A DNA stretch of 57,127 nucleotides, from positions 1-57,127 of IMG/VR virus record IMGVR_UViG_2597489870_000006. One strand, given 5' to 3'. The translations under genes were made by a program, and so were the position numbers. This DNA comes from a virus. Taxonomy: Duplodnaviria; Heunggongvirae; Uroviricota; Caudoviricetes. The notes beneath the pieces are model-generated. The model did no database searches and was not told where the DNA came from. It saw only the letters and a list, made by a program, of their open reading frames with translations. Shown piece by piece: positions 9,889-20,268 of the stretch; positions within the stretch are counted from its first letter, which is position 1, and every line of letters begins with the position of its first letter.

Positions 9889-10493
9889 TTAGTGCGTCAC
9901 TGGTGCTTCTGGGATGCCGTTTTCGTTTAGTTCGGCAATAAAGCTGTTGTGAAGATCGGCAAGCACTTCTCGCCCAAACGAAGTGAGTGTTCCCTGTTCG
10001 ACATCGAACATGTTGCTGTAAAAAATGATGGCATTCTTTGTTCCGACATCAACACCATATTTCTCGATCATTGCGCCCTCAATGTTGTTTGCCATAGCGA
10101 GGCGCTCTGCTACTGGATACAGCGGCATGGCGACGATGCCATTGGAATAAACAGAAACCACGGAATGATTGCCACTGTCATCAATAATGCTGACGGTGCC
10201 GTTTTCCTTTCTCATTTCATTGATTAATGCTGTTGCTATCAGCCAGCGCCACATAATCACGTGATGCTGTGATGTGTAATCGAAATATCCCTGGTTGCCG
10301 CCACTGGCAATAGCGAGATGTATAAACATGCCTTCATCTGGTTTATCGTCATAATCCCCGGCATCCAGACGATTTACGGCATCAATATATGAGACGGTCT
10401 CAACGCGTTCTGTCATGCCATTGTTGCTGCGGTGCATGATGTTTACGCCGTCAGGCGTTGCTTCTGCATGGAAGGTTAAGAAATTATTCATGT
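9889..10493 (-). CDS. hypothetical protein (201 aa from ATG at 10493)
   Basis: ATG at 10493 with SD gaggcg, overlapping the upstream stop; the track's longer ORF starts inside the upstream gene. Confidence 0.45.
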
Positions 10494-10705
10494 TTCGCCT
10501 CGCCTGAATGATTCTGTAACTCATATTTGCCCAACAATTCGTCCGCTTCCTGAATAGCTTCTGGTACGCCATTGAGCAGTGACATAACCGCGCCAATCAT
10601 TAACTTGTCTCTGTTGCTTGGGCTGGCCCCTTCAAGCCAGAACCCTAAAACAGTCTGAACCTGTTCGATGCGACATTGCGCTTCAATGAGCTGGATGTTG
10701 GTCAT
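10484..10705 (-). CDS. small hypothetical protein (73 aa)
   Basis: One of a chain of small overlapping genes typical of phage regulatory regions. Confidence 0.4.
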   Translation of the reverse strand: MTNIQLIEAQCRIEQVQTVLGFWLEGASPSNRDKLMIGAVMSLLNGVPEAIQEADELLGKYELQNHSGEAKHE

Positions 10706-10965
10706 TTCGCACTCTCCACATCGATTAAACTGATATCTATCAGGGAGGTAACTTTTTGTAGCCAGCTATTGATTACTGTCGCCTGTTCCCCTCCCACCGA
10801 TGGAAGAATCTCATTCATCACATGAACCAGACCTGTGCGCGCTCTGGTAAGCCGTTCAGTCGTGCGATCTGCAAGAGTGAATGTGTCTGGATATGGCTCT
10901 TCACGGCTCAGCAATGATTCAATTTCCAGCTCACACGGATGACGATAAATTAAGTTGATATTCAT
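10702..10965 (-). CDS. small hypothetical protein (87 aa)
   Basis: Start/stop overlap with neighbours. Confidence 0.4.
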   Translation of the reverse strand: MNINLIYRHPCELEIESLLSREEPYPDTFTLADRTTERLTRARTGLVHVMNEILPSVGGEQATVINSWLQKVTSLIDISLIDVESAK

Positions 10966-11156
10966 TTTTCACCCCCAAGAATTACCAGCTCTGCACGGGC
11001 ATCGTTAACCAAAGATGAGCACGCTTTAATCGCATCCACGACATCAGTAGCGTCCATTTCTTCAGCCGAAAGACTGACAGCAACCAGGACAGCCGCTGCT
11101 TGCTCGATTAATTGAAGTGCGGACGTAAGGCGAGGGGTATTAATTGAGTTATTCAT
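10962..11156 (-). CDS. small hypothetical protein (64 aa)
   Basis: Start/stop overlap with neighbours. Confidence 0.4.
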   Translation of the reverse strand: MNNSINTPRLTSALQLIEQAAAVLVAVSLSAEEMDATDVVDAIKACSSLVNDARAELVILGGEK

Positions 11157-11366
11157 TGGTTGCCCCCGTTTTTACTGGCATTTCGCCACCTTCCAGCAGG
11201 AAATGAACGTCACGAACGGCGAGATCCAATATCGCGAGTAACGCCTTCAGTCTTTCGTCTCGTGAGGGAGAGTTGCTCACCAGAATGTCGTTAATCACTT
11301 CTGTCAGTGTGATGATCTGGCTTGTGCGTTCGAGGGGATCCATATGCACATCGTAGTTTTTAATCA
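11149..11366 (-). CDS. small hypothetical protein (72 aa)
   Basis: Internal ATG at 11366 preceded by strong SD GGAGGTG; more plausible than the 355-aa read-through ORF. Confidence 0.4.
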
Positions 11367-11554
11367 TGTGCCACCTCCATGCGGATACGACCAGCAAAAA
11401 AGCAGATGTGATCGCGCACCAGAGAACGGCGAGCATCGCGTTCAGACTCGGCAGCAATATGATGAATTTTGGCGGTAATTGTCGGGCAATCGCGGCGAAC
11501 TGCGGCGATAATCCAGATAAATTGCGTTTTTTGGGTAGGGGTAGTAGCCAGCAT
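11360..11554 (-). CDS. small hypothetical protein (64 aa)
   Basis: ATG at 11554 preceded by SD GAAGGAGG 7 nt upstream; sits downstream of a structured leader. Confidence 0.45.
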   Translation of the reverse strand: MLATTPTQKTQFIWIIAAVRRDCPTITAKIHHIAAESERDARRSLVRDHICFFAGRIRMEVAHD

Positions 11555-11574
11555 GTGGCAGCCTCCTTCAGATA

Positions 11575-11650
11575 GCAGGTTACGCTACCACCGGAAACGC
11601 CAATTTCGCTGGTGGTAGCCCAGACAGGGTTGGCGTAACCGGCTCTGAAG
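11575..11650 (-). ncRNA. Structured RNA leader (nested inverted repeats pairing with the downstream SD)
   Basis: On the minus strand CTTCAGA...GGTTACGC...CTACCACC...GGTGGTAG...GCGTAACC...TCTGAAG-GAGG; the outer arm includes the SD of the 11554 gene. Confidence 0.35.
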
Positions 11651-12216
11651 GATACCGGCGCTTCCGAAGAAGCCCCCGCCTGAGCCACCATTGATTGACA
11701 AAGGCGCTGGATTATACACCAACGCCCAAAAAATGGGTGAGTCAGACCTACGACATAAAAAAAGACGCTCGGCGCGTCATATGTCGCCTTCAGAATTTTC
11801 AGGACGCCAATCCCGGCACCCGTTTTATGAGGTGCCTTATAACCATAAACCGTGTTGCCGCATAACGGCAAGCTCTTTTTTATGGACTCCGAAAACTCAC
11901 TATTGGAAGAACCAGAAGCACAGTACATCGCGCTCATTTCGTTAACGTCACGCGCGTGGACGAAGGTTTTTGTGGAGTCACTACACGAGCAGAGAAAGCC
12001 ATCTACGACCAGAAATTCTCTGGCATAGCCGCTGACCTTCTCAACGCTAACACCATCGACCGTAATTTCTGACATAGTTAAGGCATCCGCTCCTACCACC
12101 AGCAAATGATAAACTTTGCTTGTATCTGCTGTATTAATGTCTGACTTTGCTGTCATATTGCTGGATTTTGGCGACATACCAGCCAGTGAAAATATCTTCT
12201 TCTGGGCGGTTAGCAT
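11650..12216 (-). CDS. hypothetical protein, N-terminal part of the 355-aa track ORF (true 3' end uncertain)
   Basis: Protein-like N-terminal about 190 aa; the frame stays open through the structured region and the two SD-bearing small genes, so it is probably not one gene. Confidence 0.3.
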
Positions 12217-12392
12217 TTGTTAACCTCCGCGAACTCCTTCATGAAACGTGCCAGCGGTTGTACGCATGGCGATTGATACCCGTCGCGATAAAACGTCACT
12301 CGGTTGTGAGACACGCTTTCGACAGTAACGAGTGCTCCGTGGGCATCTTTGTAGCGTTTTTGAGGTTGTGGTGTTCCTGTCGGCTTAAACAT
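12210..12392 (-). CDS. small hypothetical protein (60 aa)
   Basis: ATG at 12392 overlapping the antirepressor stop. Confidence 0.35.
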   Translation of the reverse strand: MFKPTGTPQPQKRYKDAHGALVTVESVSHNRVTFYRDGYQSPCVQPLARFMKEFAEVNKC

Positions 12393-13218
12393 GGACCGCC
12401 TCCAGACGCTTGGCGAGCCAGCGTTGCGACAGGCGGGTGAGTTCTCCTTTGCGCTGCTCATATTCCATGCCCATATCAATTAACGTGATATTGGTGCTTT
12501 CGAGATATGAGAGGTGCTCAAGCTGTTCTGCGTTCATATGGTCGCGAGGTTCGCCAGAATAGCCATTTATCCGCGCCCACTGCTTAGCAGTTAGCCCACC
12601 AAGAACGATACGAGAAATCATATTGCTCTCGTTTGTGTAGTGGTGTTGCTGCGTCGTTTTCCCCTGCTCGGCACGGGCCATATTCAGCGCATCGCACATT
12701 GGCTTAAAGTTGTTTGCGGCACTAATACGGGCTTTTAGCTGGCGACGATAGCGGGCGGCGATTTCAGGCACGCTACGCTGTAATTCTTCCTCGCACTGGA
12801 TGAAATAACGACGGATAGCGCGACCCTGATCATTGCGTTCGATCATTGCCAGTTCTTTCGCCATTCCGACACTTAACAGATAGTCTTTGCCGGGTCTGCC
12901 AGAGTGCTTAATCTTGCTGTAAGCCGCGCCATTCGGGCTTTTCCCCAAATTTGGGGAAATTGTTTTATGGACTGAGTAATCGTGCCCAATGGTGAAGTCA
13001 TATTCAGAGATGCGATCAGTGATCCATGTAGAGAAGTCTTTTCCCACGCCCAACGCTTTGTGTAACGCTTTTGCGCTAACAATATTGGTTTCACGCCCAC
13101 CGATATGACCAGGAATAACCGGGACAATTGCGGCAAATTCATTACCGTTAATTGTGCCCAGAGAGGCGTTCAGATGAGGGGCAGCCTCAGAAATTAATCT
13201 GCTTTTTTCGATGTTCAT
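12385..13218 (-). CDS. phage antirepressor (AntA/KilAC-like, 277 aa)
   Basis: N-terminal SAKALHKALGVGKDFSTWITDRISEYDF resembles the AntA/Ant N-terminal domain. Confidence 0.6.
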   Translation of the reverse strand: MNIEKSRLISEAAPHLNASLGTINGNEFAAIVPVIPGHIGGRETNIVSAKALHKALGVGKDFSTWITDRISEYDFTIGHDYSVHKTISPNLGKSPNGAAYSKIKHSGRPGKDYLLSVGMAKELAMIERNDQGRAIRRYFIQCEEELQRSVPEIAARYRRQLKARISAANNFKPMCDALNMARAEQGKTTQQHHYTNESNMISRIVLGGLTAKQWARINGYSGEPRDHMNAEQLEHLSYLESTNITLIDMGMEYEQRKGELTRLSQRWLAKRLEAVHV

Positions 13219-13230
13219 TTTCAGTCTCCG

Positions 13231-13662
13231 TTAGGCGGCGTTAAACGCGTCCGGGTAGAGTTTCAGAATGTCGGCAATTTCCTGCTGAGAAAGTCCGTTG
13301 TGATCATTTATGTTCGCAAGATGGTTAACATGAGTGATCACTTTCAGAACATCACCACGGCAGGAGAAACGGTAGCGAAGGTGTGTTCCGATACCATCAG
13401 GATTCTTTTCGTCGATACGCTCCAGAGTGATTCCAAGCTGGCGTTCTAACTCTGTTGCATAGTTACGACCAGAAGACAGACGGCAGTAGCGAAGAATGTC
13501 ATTTTCTGTCCATCCCTCTATACCAGTACGCAGCATATAGACTCTGGCACGATGCTTTTTCGGTGTGCGCTTTGGTGCTTGAAGGGATTTTGTCAGGGGC
13601 GTAACATCAGATACGCGAATATCTGAATTAGCCGCCTGTAATGGGCGGTTTTTCTTTTCCAT
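13231..13662 (-). CDS. hypothetical protein (143 aa)
   Basis: ORF immediately downstream of alpA with ATGA-type overlap. Confidence 0.45.
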   Translation of the reverse strand: MEKKNRPLQAANSDIRVSDVTPLTKSLQAPKRTPKKHRARVYMLRTGIEGWTENDILRYCRLSSGRNYATELERQLGITLERIDEKNPDGIGTHLRYRFSCRGDVLKVITHVNHLANINDHNGLSQQEIADILKLYPDAFNAA

Positions 13663-13865
13663 CAGGCCACCTCGTCTCTAGATTCTAATATACACTTCTC
13701 AATCCATTCATCTATTTCAGACTCAACAAAAGCAATTGCCCGACTTCCAATTTTTACCTGTTTAGGGAACCTCCCCTGACTAATAAGACGATAAATCCAT
13801 GCTTTGCTATAACCAGTTCGCCTTTGAACTTCAGAGAGACGAATTAATGAATTGTAATTAGCCAT
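13662..13865 (-). CDS. alpA: AlpA-family transcriptional regulator / excision activator (67 aa)
   Basis: HTH pattern IRLSEVQRRTGYSKAWIYRLISQGRFPKQVKIGSRAIAFVESEIDEWI matches the AlpA family; sits next to int. Confidence 0.75.
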   Translation of the reverse strand: MANYNSLIRLSEVQRRTGYSKAWIYRLISQGRFPKQVKIGSRAIAFVESEIDEWIEKCILESRDEVA

Positions 13866-14124
13866 TTATTAATATCCTGTACTAATGACGCAATAACTCC
13901 CTCCTGCAACGAATGGCGAGAGTTTTATTTGCATCAAATGTCGAATACGCCAAAGACCACAATATGAAAAACATATTGCGGTCTTTTATAAAAGATAGTC
14001 AGATTGTTTTGGTTTGTTTGCTCCACAAGGGTAGAGCTACCCTGCATTTCGGCAGGATCACGCTATTAGGCGTGACATCCAGTAGTTTTAAAGAACGCCC
14101 TTTTTCAGGGCATGGTGGGCAGGC

Positions 14125-14430
14125 AAGAGAGCAATTGCGCTTTGTCAGCGCCGTAGATTCATATTTGAATCATTGTATGTTTCCCGATAGAAATCTATCG
14201 GTCACTGCGGGACGAACCATCCCGCCCACATCAATGTTAAAGAGCAATTGCGCTTTGTCAGCGATCCGCAGCCTCATGGATGAATCATTACATGCATTGT
14301 AAAGGTGCATGTATCCCTATTCTTTCCTGCATCAGGAAAGCACCAAAGGCTGTTAAAGAGCATCCAGCTTTTCAGCTGCGTAGAAGATTCCATCTTCGTT
14401 GTTAAAAGAGCGATTGCCCTTCTCCAGGGC
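14125..14430. repeat. Four copies of a GTTAAAGAGC-plus-hairpin repeat in the int-alpA intergenic region
   Basis: AGAGCAATTGCGCTTTGTCAGCG twice exactly (14127-14155, 14229-14262) plus two degenerate copies near 14353 and 14397; irregular spacing. Confidence 0.5.
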
Positions 14431-14516
14431 TAACTGTTAAATAGTAATCCTCTGTGAGTTTTTATCAATCTACTCCCCTATACTTTAGTAAACCTCTGTA
14501 TACTTGTCCAGTTGTT

Positions 14517-15731
14517 TCATGCGTGTTTTTCAAACACCATATGCACCACATTTCCGCCATGCTCGAGAGAATCCATATAGTCGGCATACCATTGAAGCAT
14601 CTCCCGCCTTCCATCCAGATATTGCGCATGGTTGTATGTGCCACGAATTGAGTTCTTATCAACGTGAGCGAGCTGCGTTTCTATCCACGCGGTGTTATAG
14701 CCCTGCTCATGCAAAATCGTACTCATAGTGTGCCGGAACCCATGACCAGTTACACGTCCAGCGTAGCCAATGCGCTTAAACACTTGGTTTATGCTGGCCT
14801 CACTCATTGTTTTCCTTGGATCATTGCGCCCGGGAAACATAAGAGGGTAATTGCCTGTTATTTCTCTAATCTTCCCAATAAGCGAAAGAGCCTGCTCAGA
14901 CAATGGCACAATATGAGGCCGCCGCATTTTCATACGTGAAGCGGGTATCTCCCAGAGAGCCTTGTTGAAATCAATTTCATCCCATAATGCGCCACGTAGT
15001 TCGCCAGTCCGCAAGCCTGTGATAATCAGTAGACGAGCCGCCATAACAACCAATGCGCTTCCTGAGTAACTGGACAATGCCTTGAAAAAATCAGGTAATT
15101 CTTTGGCTGTAAGGAAAGGGTAATGATTAGATTCATGGCCTTGCATCGCGCTAGTAAGGTCTGGTGCAGGGTTATACTCTGCGCGACCAGTGACTATTGC
15201 ATAGCGGAAAACTTCCCCGCACCGCTGCCTCACTTTTTTGGCTTTTTCTGTAGCACCGCGCCCCTCGATGCGCCGCAGCACATTCAGAAGTTCAAGTGGT
15301 TTGATTTCGGCGATTGGTTTTTTGCCAATGTAAGGGAACACATCTTTGTTGAAGGCTTCGAGGATGTCTGAAGCATAACCAGCAGACCATTTTTTTAATT
15401 TGCTGCTGTGCCACTCAAGGGCAATATCTTTGAAGGTGTTGTTTAACTGCGTTTCCCGGGCAATCTTTTCCTCTCGTTTCGCTTCCATCGGATCGATACC
15501 ACCAGCGATACCTCTTTTCGCATCTTCACGTTTTGCCCGAGCATCGGCTAGAGTAACCTCAGGATACACACCTAGTGCCAATAGCTTCTCTTTACCAGCC
15601 ACACGATATTTAAGTCGCCAGTATTTACCTCCATTAGGTTTTACCAAGAGATACAAACCGCCACCATCGGCCAGCTTGTAAGCCTTCTCTTTTGGCTTGG
15701 CTGTGTCTATTTGACGGGCATTGAGTTTCAC
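14517..15731 (-). CDS. int: tyrosine integrase, P4 family (404 aa)
   Basis: P4-type integrase N-terminus MKLNARQIDTAKPKEKAYKLADGGGLYLLVKP and C-terminal R...HGFRHT...Y catalytic region; GTG start with SD GGAGG; next to att core. Confidence 0.9.
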   Translation of the reverse strand: MKLNARQIDTAKPKEKAYKLADGGGLYLLVKPNGGKYWRLKYRVAGKEKLLALGVYPEVTLADARAKREDAKRGIAGGIDPMEAKREEKIARETQLNNTFKDIALEWHSSKLKKWSAGYASDILEAFNKDVFPYIGKKPIAEIKPLELLNVLRRIEGRGATEKAKKVRQRCGEVFRYAIVTGRAEYNPAPDLTSAMQGHESNHYPFLTAKELPDFFKALSSYSGSALVVMAARLLIITGLRTGELRGALWDEIDFNKALWEIPASRMKMRRPHIVPLSEQALSLIGKIREITGNYPLMFPGRNDPRKTMSEASINQVFKRIGYAGRVTGHGFRHTMSTILHEQGYNTAWIETQLAHVDKNSIRGTYNHAQYLDGRREMLQWYADYMDSLEHGGNVVHMVFEKHA

Positions 15732-15799
15732 TTGGGGGTACCTCCACTAAACCGAACAGCAAATACCCCCATAAGTACCCCCATCTGACCGTAGATTTT

Positions 15800-15885
15800 G
15801 AGGGACTTTAGTAGACGTCAAAAGACGAACGGAGCTTTAATACGCGGATTATAAGGGGTTTTGAAAGACTTTAGTAGACTTGGGG
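15800..15885. promoter_or_regulatory. Candidate integrase arm-type binding sites (direct repeats GACTTTAGTAGAC)
   Basis: Two copies about 60 bp apart between the int start and the att core. Confidence 0.4.
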
Positions 15886-15896
15886 AGATGTTTGAA

Positions 15897-15942
15897 TGGT
15901 GCCTATAATAGGAGTCGAACCTACGACCTTCGCATTACGAAT
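15897..15942 (-). repeat. 46-bp att core: copy of the thrW 3' end (one mismatch)
   Basis: tggtgccTataataggagtcgaacctacgaccttcgcattacgaat matches 55684-55729 except one base. Confidence 0.85.
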
Positions 15943-16162
15943 TATAAGAATCCGCTTCTAATTCAAAGCATTACCCCATCAACACTGCGCTCACACGTCC
16001 CACCACATCAAAACATGTAAAGCCTTGCAAGCCATTGTGAGGCCTTATGTGTCTCAGTTTTGTCCCACTACGACCTGCACAGAAAATAAGAAAATAGCGG
16101 TGATATCAAACAGTACAGAAGTCTTTTTTCTTTCAAATGGAGAAACTGATTAACCCGTTTAA

Positions 16163-16390
16163 TTGTACTCCTCATGGGCAATCAGCAGTCCTCAGAGTAA
16201 TGGAATGGCAGAAAGGTTCGTGAAAACGATGAAGGAAGACTACATCGCGTTCATGCCGAAACCGAATGTAAGAACGGCATTGCATAATCTTGCAGTGGCG
16301 ATCGAACATTACAATGAAAACCATCCGCACAGTGCGTTGGGTTATCGCTCTCTGCGAGAATATCGACGTCAGCGGGTAACGTTAACTTAA
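16163..16390 (+). pseudogene. IS3-family (IS2-like) transposase C-terminal fragment
   Basis: [20 protein letters not shown]...[14 protein letters not shown] resembles the C-terminus of IS2-type OrfB; only about 75 aa, no upstream catalytic region. Confidence 0.6.
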
Positions 16391-16431
16391 GATACACCCC
16401 CTGTCTGGAAATAAGGGGGCAAGAACAATGA

Positions 16432-17184
16432 TCAGATTCCCTGGTGAGTAAGAATTTTACTTTCTGAACTCCTCTGAGAGTATTGACTTGGAGAAACACC
16501 AAAATAACGTCTAAATACATAAGTAAAGTATGAGACACTGGCATAACCACAGACCTTAGCTACTTTACTAATAGGATAACAACGAGTGCTGAGTAAATAT
16601 TCAGCCATTTGCATCCTCTCATCAAGTATGATCTTACTGAATGATACCCCCTCTTCTTTCAATTTCCTCTTTAGTAAACTTTCGCTGAGATATAATCTTG
16701 ATGATATATCCTTAAGACGCCATGGTGCAGATAAATCCGTATGAATAATCGTTTTAACTTTAGCCCCTGTGCTTTTCAAACATCCAAACAGAAATACTCC
16801 AAATTGTTTTTCAGAAGAAAATGCAGAGAGACATGTAAAAGCAATAGACTCATCAAAAATTTCTATGTATTCAGCACAGTGATTAGCCCAACTAATTAAT
16901 CCTTTAATTAAACTGAAGTCAGCAAAGTTTATTTTTAAATAAGATGGATATTCCCTACAATCAGAAATATCCCTTAAGTTATTAGCTTTCAAATAGCGAC
17001 TAATAAACTCAGCGCCAAAATCCGCCACTATCACTCTTTCAGGATATGTCAGGAAAAAATCTCTAGAGCTAGAGTCGACAAGTACAGATGAACCTCTCTC
17101 CAGAAACACAATCTCTTTTCCTAAATAAACATCAAAGGACTCCAAAATCAATATAACTGAACATGTAGTTGCCATATCATCCAC
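16432..17184 (-). CDS. AraC-family transcriptional regulator (250 aa, AT-rich)
   Basis: C-terminal AraC-type HTH region ...ISKVAKVCGYASVSYFTYVFRRYFGVSPSQY; low GC, flanked by AT-rich DNA. Confidence 0.75.
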   Translation of the reverse strand: MDDMATTCSVILILESFDVYLGKEIVFLERGSSVLVDSSSRDFFLTYPERVIVADFGAEFISRYLKANNLRDISDCREYPSYLKINFADFSLIKGLISWANHCAEYIEIFDESIAFTCLSAFSSEKQFGVFLFGCLKSTGAKVKTIIHTDLSAPWRLKDISSRLYLSESLLKRKLKEEGVSFSKIILDERMQMAEYLLSTRCYPISKVAKVCGYASVSYFTYVFRRYFGVSPSQYSQRSSESKILTHQGI

Positions 17185-17759
17185 CCAATTTAACTGAAAC
17201 TAGGATGAAGTATATGCATATAAAGTTCACTTTGCCAAACTTCAGTATAAAAAACCACATAAAAAATAGGGTGTGATAAAAAATACCGTAACAATAAAGC
17301 AAAGGATTATAAATTCCGTTACAGTTACAAATGATACTCAAGAAACAATTCCTTAGGAAAAACTTATTTACAGCCAATAAGTAAGACACTTATATGATAT
17401 CAAGTTTTCATAAAACATAACTAGGCTAAATAGCTTCGCCTAATACCGCTACACTTTTGCCAGCCCATGTGTGCCTCCGGGTATTGACCCCTTCTCTACG
17501 CAACTTCAGTTCCCACCACCAACTTTGCGGCAGCTTTGTAGGATCAATGTCTAAAAGAATAATGGTGACCGATAAGAAAACGACTGAATAACTGCAGATT
17601 TTCGCTCGAAATCTTCCTGTCAGATCCATAGCGAATCAAGTGCTGAATGTCACAGTATCGAACAGAAAACAGTGACGATCTAACCCTTCAAGAATATTCT
17701 ACGATTGTTCTGTTTAGGAAAAGCAAGGCGGGAAGTCGGGAGATAAGTCATTGATAAAG

Positions 17760-17821
17760 TGGCGGAGAGAGGGGGATTTGAACCCCCGGTAGAGTTGCCC
17801 CTACTCCGGTTTTCGAGACCG
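17760..17821 (-). other. tRNA-like 3' fragment (T-arm plus acceptor ending CCA), resembles the tRNA-Ser (serU-type) 3' end
   Basis: Minus-strand read ggtctcgaaaaccggagtaggggcaactctaccgggggttcaaatccccctctctccgcca; 5' half of a tRNA absent; serU assignment is from memory. Confidence 0.45.
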
Positions 17822-17904
17822 ACCCGATCATCAAACGAAACATAAAATTAGCTCACATTATGAGGAAAGGTATCTTTTTGCGCTATGTAAATTCAAAGGG
17901 TTAG

Positions 17905-18774
<870 letters not shown>

Positions 18775-18831
18775 GTCTTTAAGTGATAAGCATAAACCGC
18801 AGCACGATCTTGCATACGACGTGCTACGGTT

Positions 18832-19392
18832 TCATTTATCTCCGACCGGAAACTTCTTATACAGTGTCGATATACCAACATCATAGATGATCGCCACCTT
18901 CTGGCGAGGAACGCCTGATGCAATTAATCGCCCGGCCTGCGCCCATTGTTCTGGTGTAAGTTTGGGACGACGTCCACCAATTCGTCCCTGTGCGCGAGCA
19001 GCTTCCAGTCCAGCTTTTGTTCGTTCAACAATCAGTTCTCGTTCCATTTCAGCCAGGGCACCCATCACATGAAAGAAAAAACGCCCCATCGGTGTGCTGG
19101 TATCAATAGCATCCGTCAGGCTGCGAAAATTAACGCCACGTTCGCGCAACTCCTCAACCAGAATGACCAGATGCCGCATACTACGCCCCAGCCGATCCAG
19201 CTTCCAGACAACCAGAGTGTCACCTGCCGATAATGTCCTGAGCAGTTTTTTCAGTCCCGGCCTTTCGGACTTTGTACCGCTTATCTTGTCTTCAAAAATC
19301 AGCTCGCATCCTGCACAGTTCAGTGCATTACGTTGCAAATCGGTGTTCTGGTCATTTGTTGACACGCGTACATAGCCAATAAGCATGATCAT
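18832..19392 (-). CDS. serine DNA invertase, Gin/Pin/Hin family (186 aa)
   Basis: N-terminal resolvase motif IGYVRVSTNDQNTDLQ with catalytic Ser, C-terminal HTH; next to the invertible segment. Confidence 0.9.
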   Translation of the reverse strand: MIMLIGYVRVSTNDQNTDLQRNALNCAGCELIFEDKISGTKSERPGLKKLLRTLSAGDTLVVWKLDRLGRSMRHLVILVEELRERGVNFRSLTDAIDTSTPMGRFFFHVMGALAEMERELIVERTKAGLEAARAQGRIGGRRPKLTPEQWAQAGRLIASGVPRQKVAIIYDVGISTLYKKFPVGDK

Positions 19393-19413
19393 CCCCCTGA
19401 ATAAAAACCGGAG

Positions 19414-19806
19414 ATGATGCCAGTTAGCTGTTACCTCTGCATTTTCTTAAACGTTGGTTTGGGAGAAGCGGCTAAAAGGAATGTAGGGACAGGGGCGAAT
19501 CAGATACCTGATATGGGTAGCTTCACGCTTTCTGTTTCAGGTACTGGATATCAAAAATTACCATCAGGTTTTATTCTTCAGTGGGGCTCAATCGGCGCAC
19601 CAGGCATTGCACAGGATGTAGTAACCCATTTCCCGATTGCATTTCCAAACAGATGTCTGCGTGTTTTGGTCTCACAAGACTACACACCAGATAGCGGGGC
19701 TGTTGGTTATATTGCCTGTGCAGGTTTTAGTCCCGACCCGGTTAAATTTATATCCAGAGCCAGTACTCCTGGCCTCGGCGCTTCATTTTTAGCGTTAGGC
19801 TGTTAA
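19414..19806 (+). CDS. alternative tail-fibre C-terminal segment, promoterless, inside the invertible segment
   Basis: Reading frame passes through the crossover site with the same ...LGLGE... junction as the expressed tail-fibre gene. Confidence 0.6.
   Translation: MMPVSCYLCIFLNVGLGEAAKRNVGTGANQIPDMGSFTLSVSGTGYQKLPSGFILQWGSIGAPGIAQDVVTHFPIAFPNRCLRVLVSQDYTPDSGAVGYIACAGFSPDPVKFISRASTPGLGASFLALGC
19444..19467. promoter_or_regulatory. gix/hix-like inversion crossover site (left)
   Basis: ttcttaaacgttggtttgggagaa is an inverted copy of the 21367-21390 site (14 contiguous identical bases). Confidence 0.7.
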
Positions 19807-19827
19807 TTTAGCTATATGGAGTGAAAA

Positions 19828-20268
19828 ATGAATTACATATATTCCGCGACTACAAACTCTTTCTATCCGCTGGAGATGAAAGAGGATTACACTCAAGCTG
19901 ACTCATGGCCAGATGATGCTGTTGAAGTTGATGAGCAAGTGTATATTGAGTTTTCCGGATTACCGCCGAAAGGAAAAATCCGTATCGCTGGAGAAAATGG
20001 TTTTCCTGCATGGTCTGAAATTCCACCACCAACACATGAGGAACAGATTGCTGCAGCCGAACAGGAAAAGCAGCAACTGATTAATCAGGCCAACGATTAT
20101 ATGAACAGTAAACAATGGCCTGGTAAAGCGGCTATTGGTCGTCTGAAAGGTGAGGAACTGGCGCAATATAATTTGTGGCTGGATTATCTGGACGCACTGG
20201 AACTGGTCGATACTTCCGGTGCGCCAGATATTGAATGGCCTACGCCTCCGGCAGTTCAGGCCAGATGA
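19828..20268 (+). CDS. tail fibre assembly protein (alternative copy, 146 aa)
   Basis: Tfa-like sequence following the alternative fibre segment. Confidence 0.7.
   Translation: MNYIYSATTNSFYPLEMKEDYTQADSWPDDAVEVDEQVYIEFSGLPPKGKIRIAGENGFPAWSEIPPPTHEEQIAAAEQEKQQLINQANDYMNSKQWPGKAAIGRLKGEELAQYNLWLDYLDALELVDTSGAPDIEWPTPPAVQAR

Larger units (their letters stand above)
1..15942. mobile_element. P4/PICI-like integrative satellite-type island (partial; left end outside window), integrated at a thrW 3' copy in tandem with the prophage
   Basis: P4-family integrase next to the 46-bp thrW-like repeat, followed by AlpA, AntA-like antirepressor, many small overlapping genes and a primase-helicase; no capsid or tail genes. 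Confidence 0.6.

Noticed and set aside
11149-12216. 355-aa ORF as a single protein-coding gene
   Set aside because: It contains a nested inverted-repeat structure and two internal ORFs with strong Shine-Dalgarno sequences and ATGA-type overlaps; it is more likely several small genes plus a structured leader read through in one frame.
14125-14430. Repeats between int and alpA considered as a CRISPR array
   Set aside because: Spacing between copies is irregular (about 100, 124 and 46 bp), the copies are degenerate, and there are no cas genes or leader; more consistent with regulatory repeats or REP-like elements.
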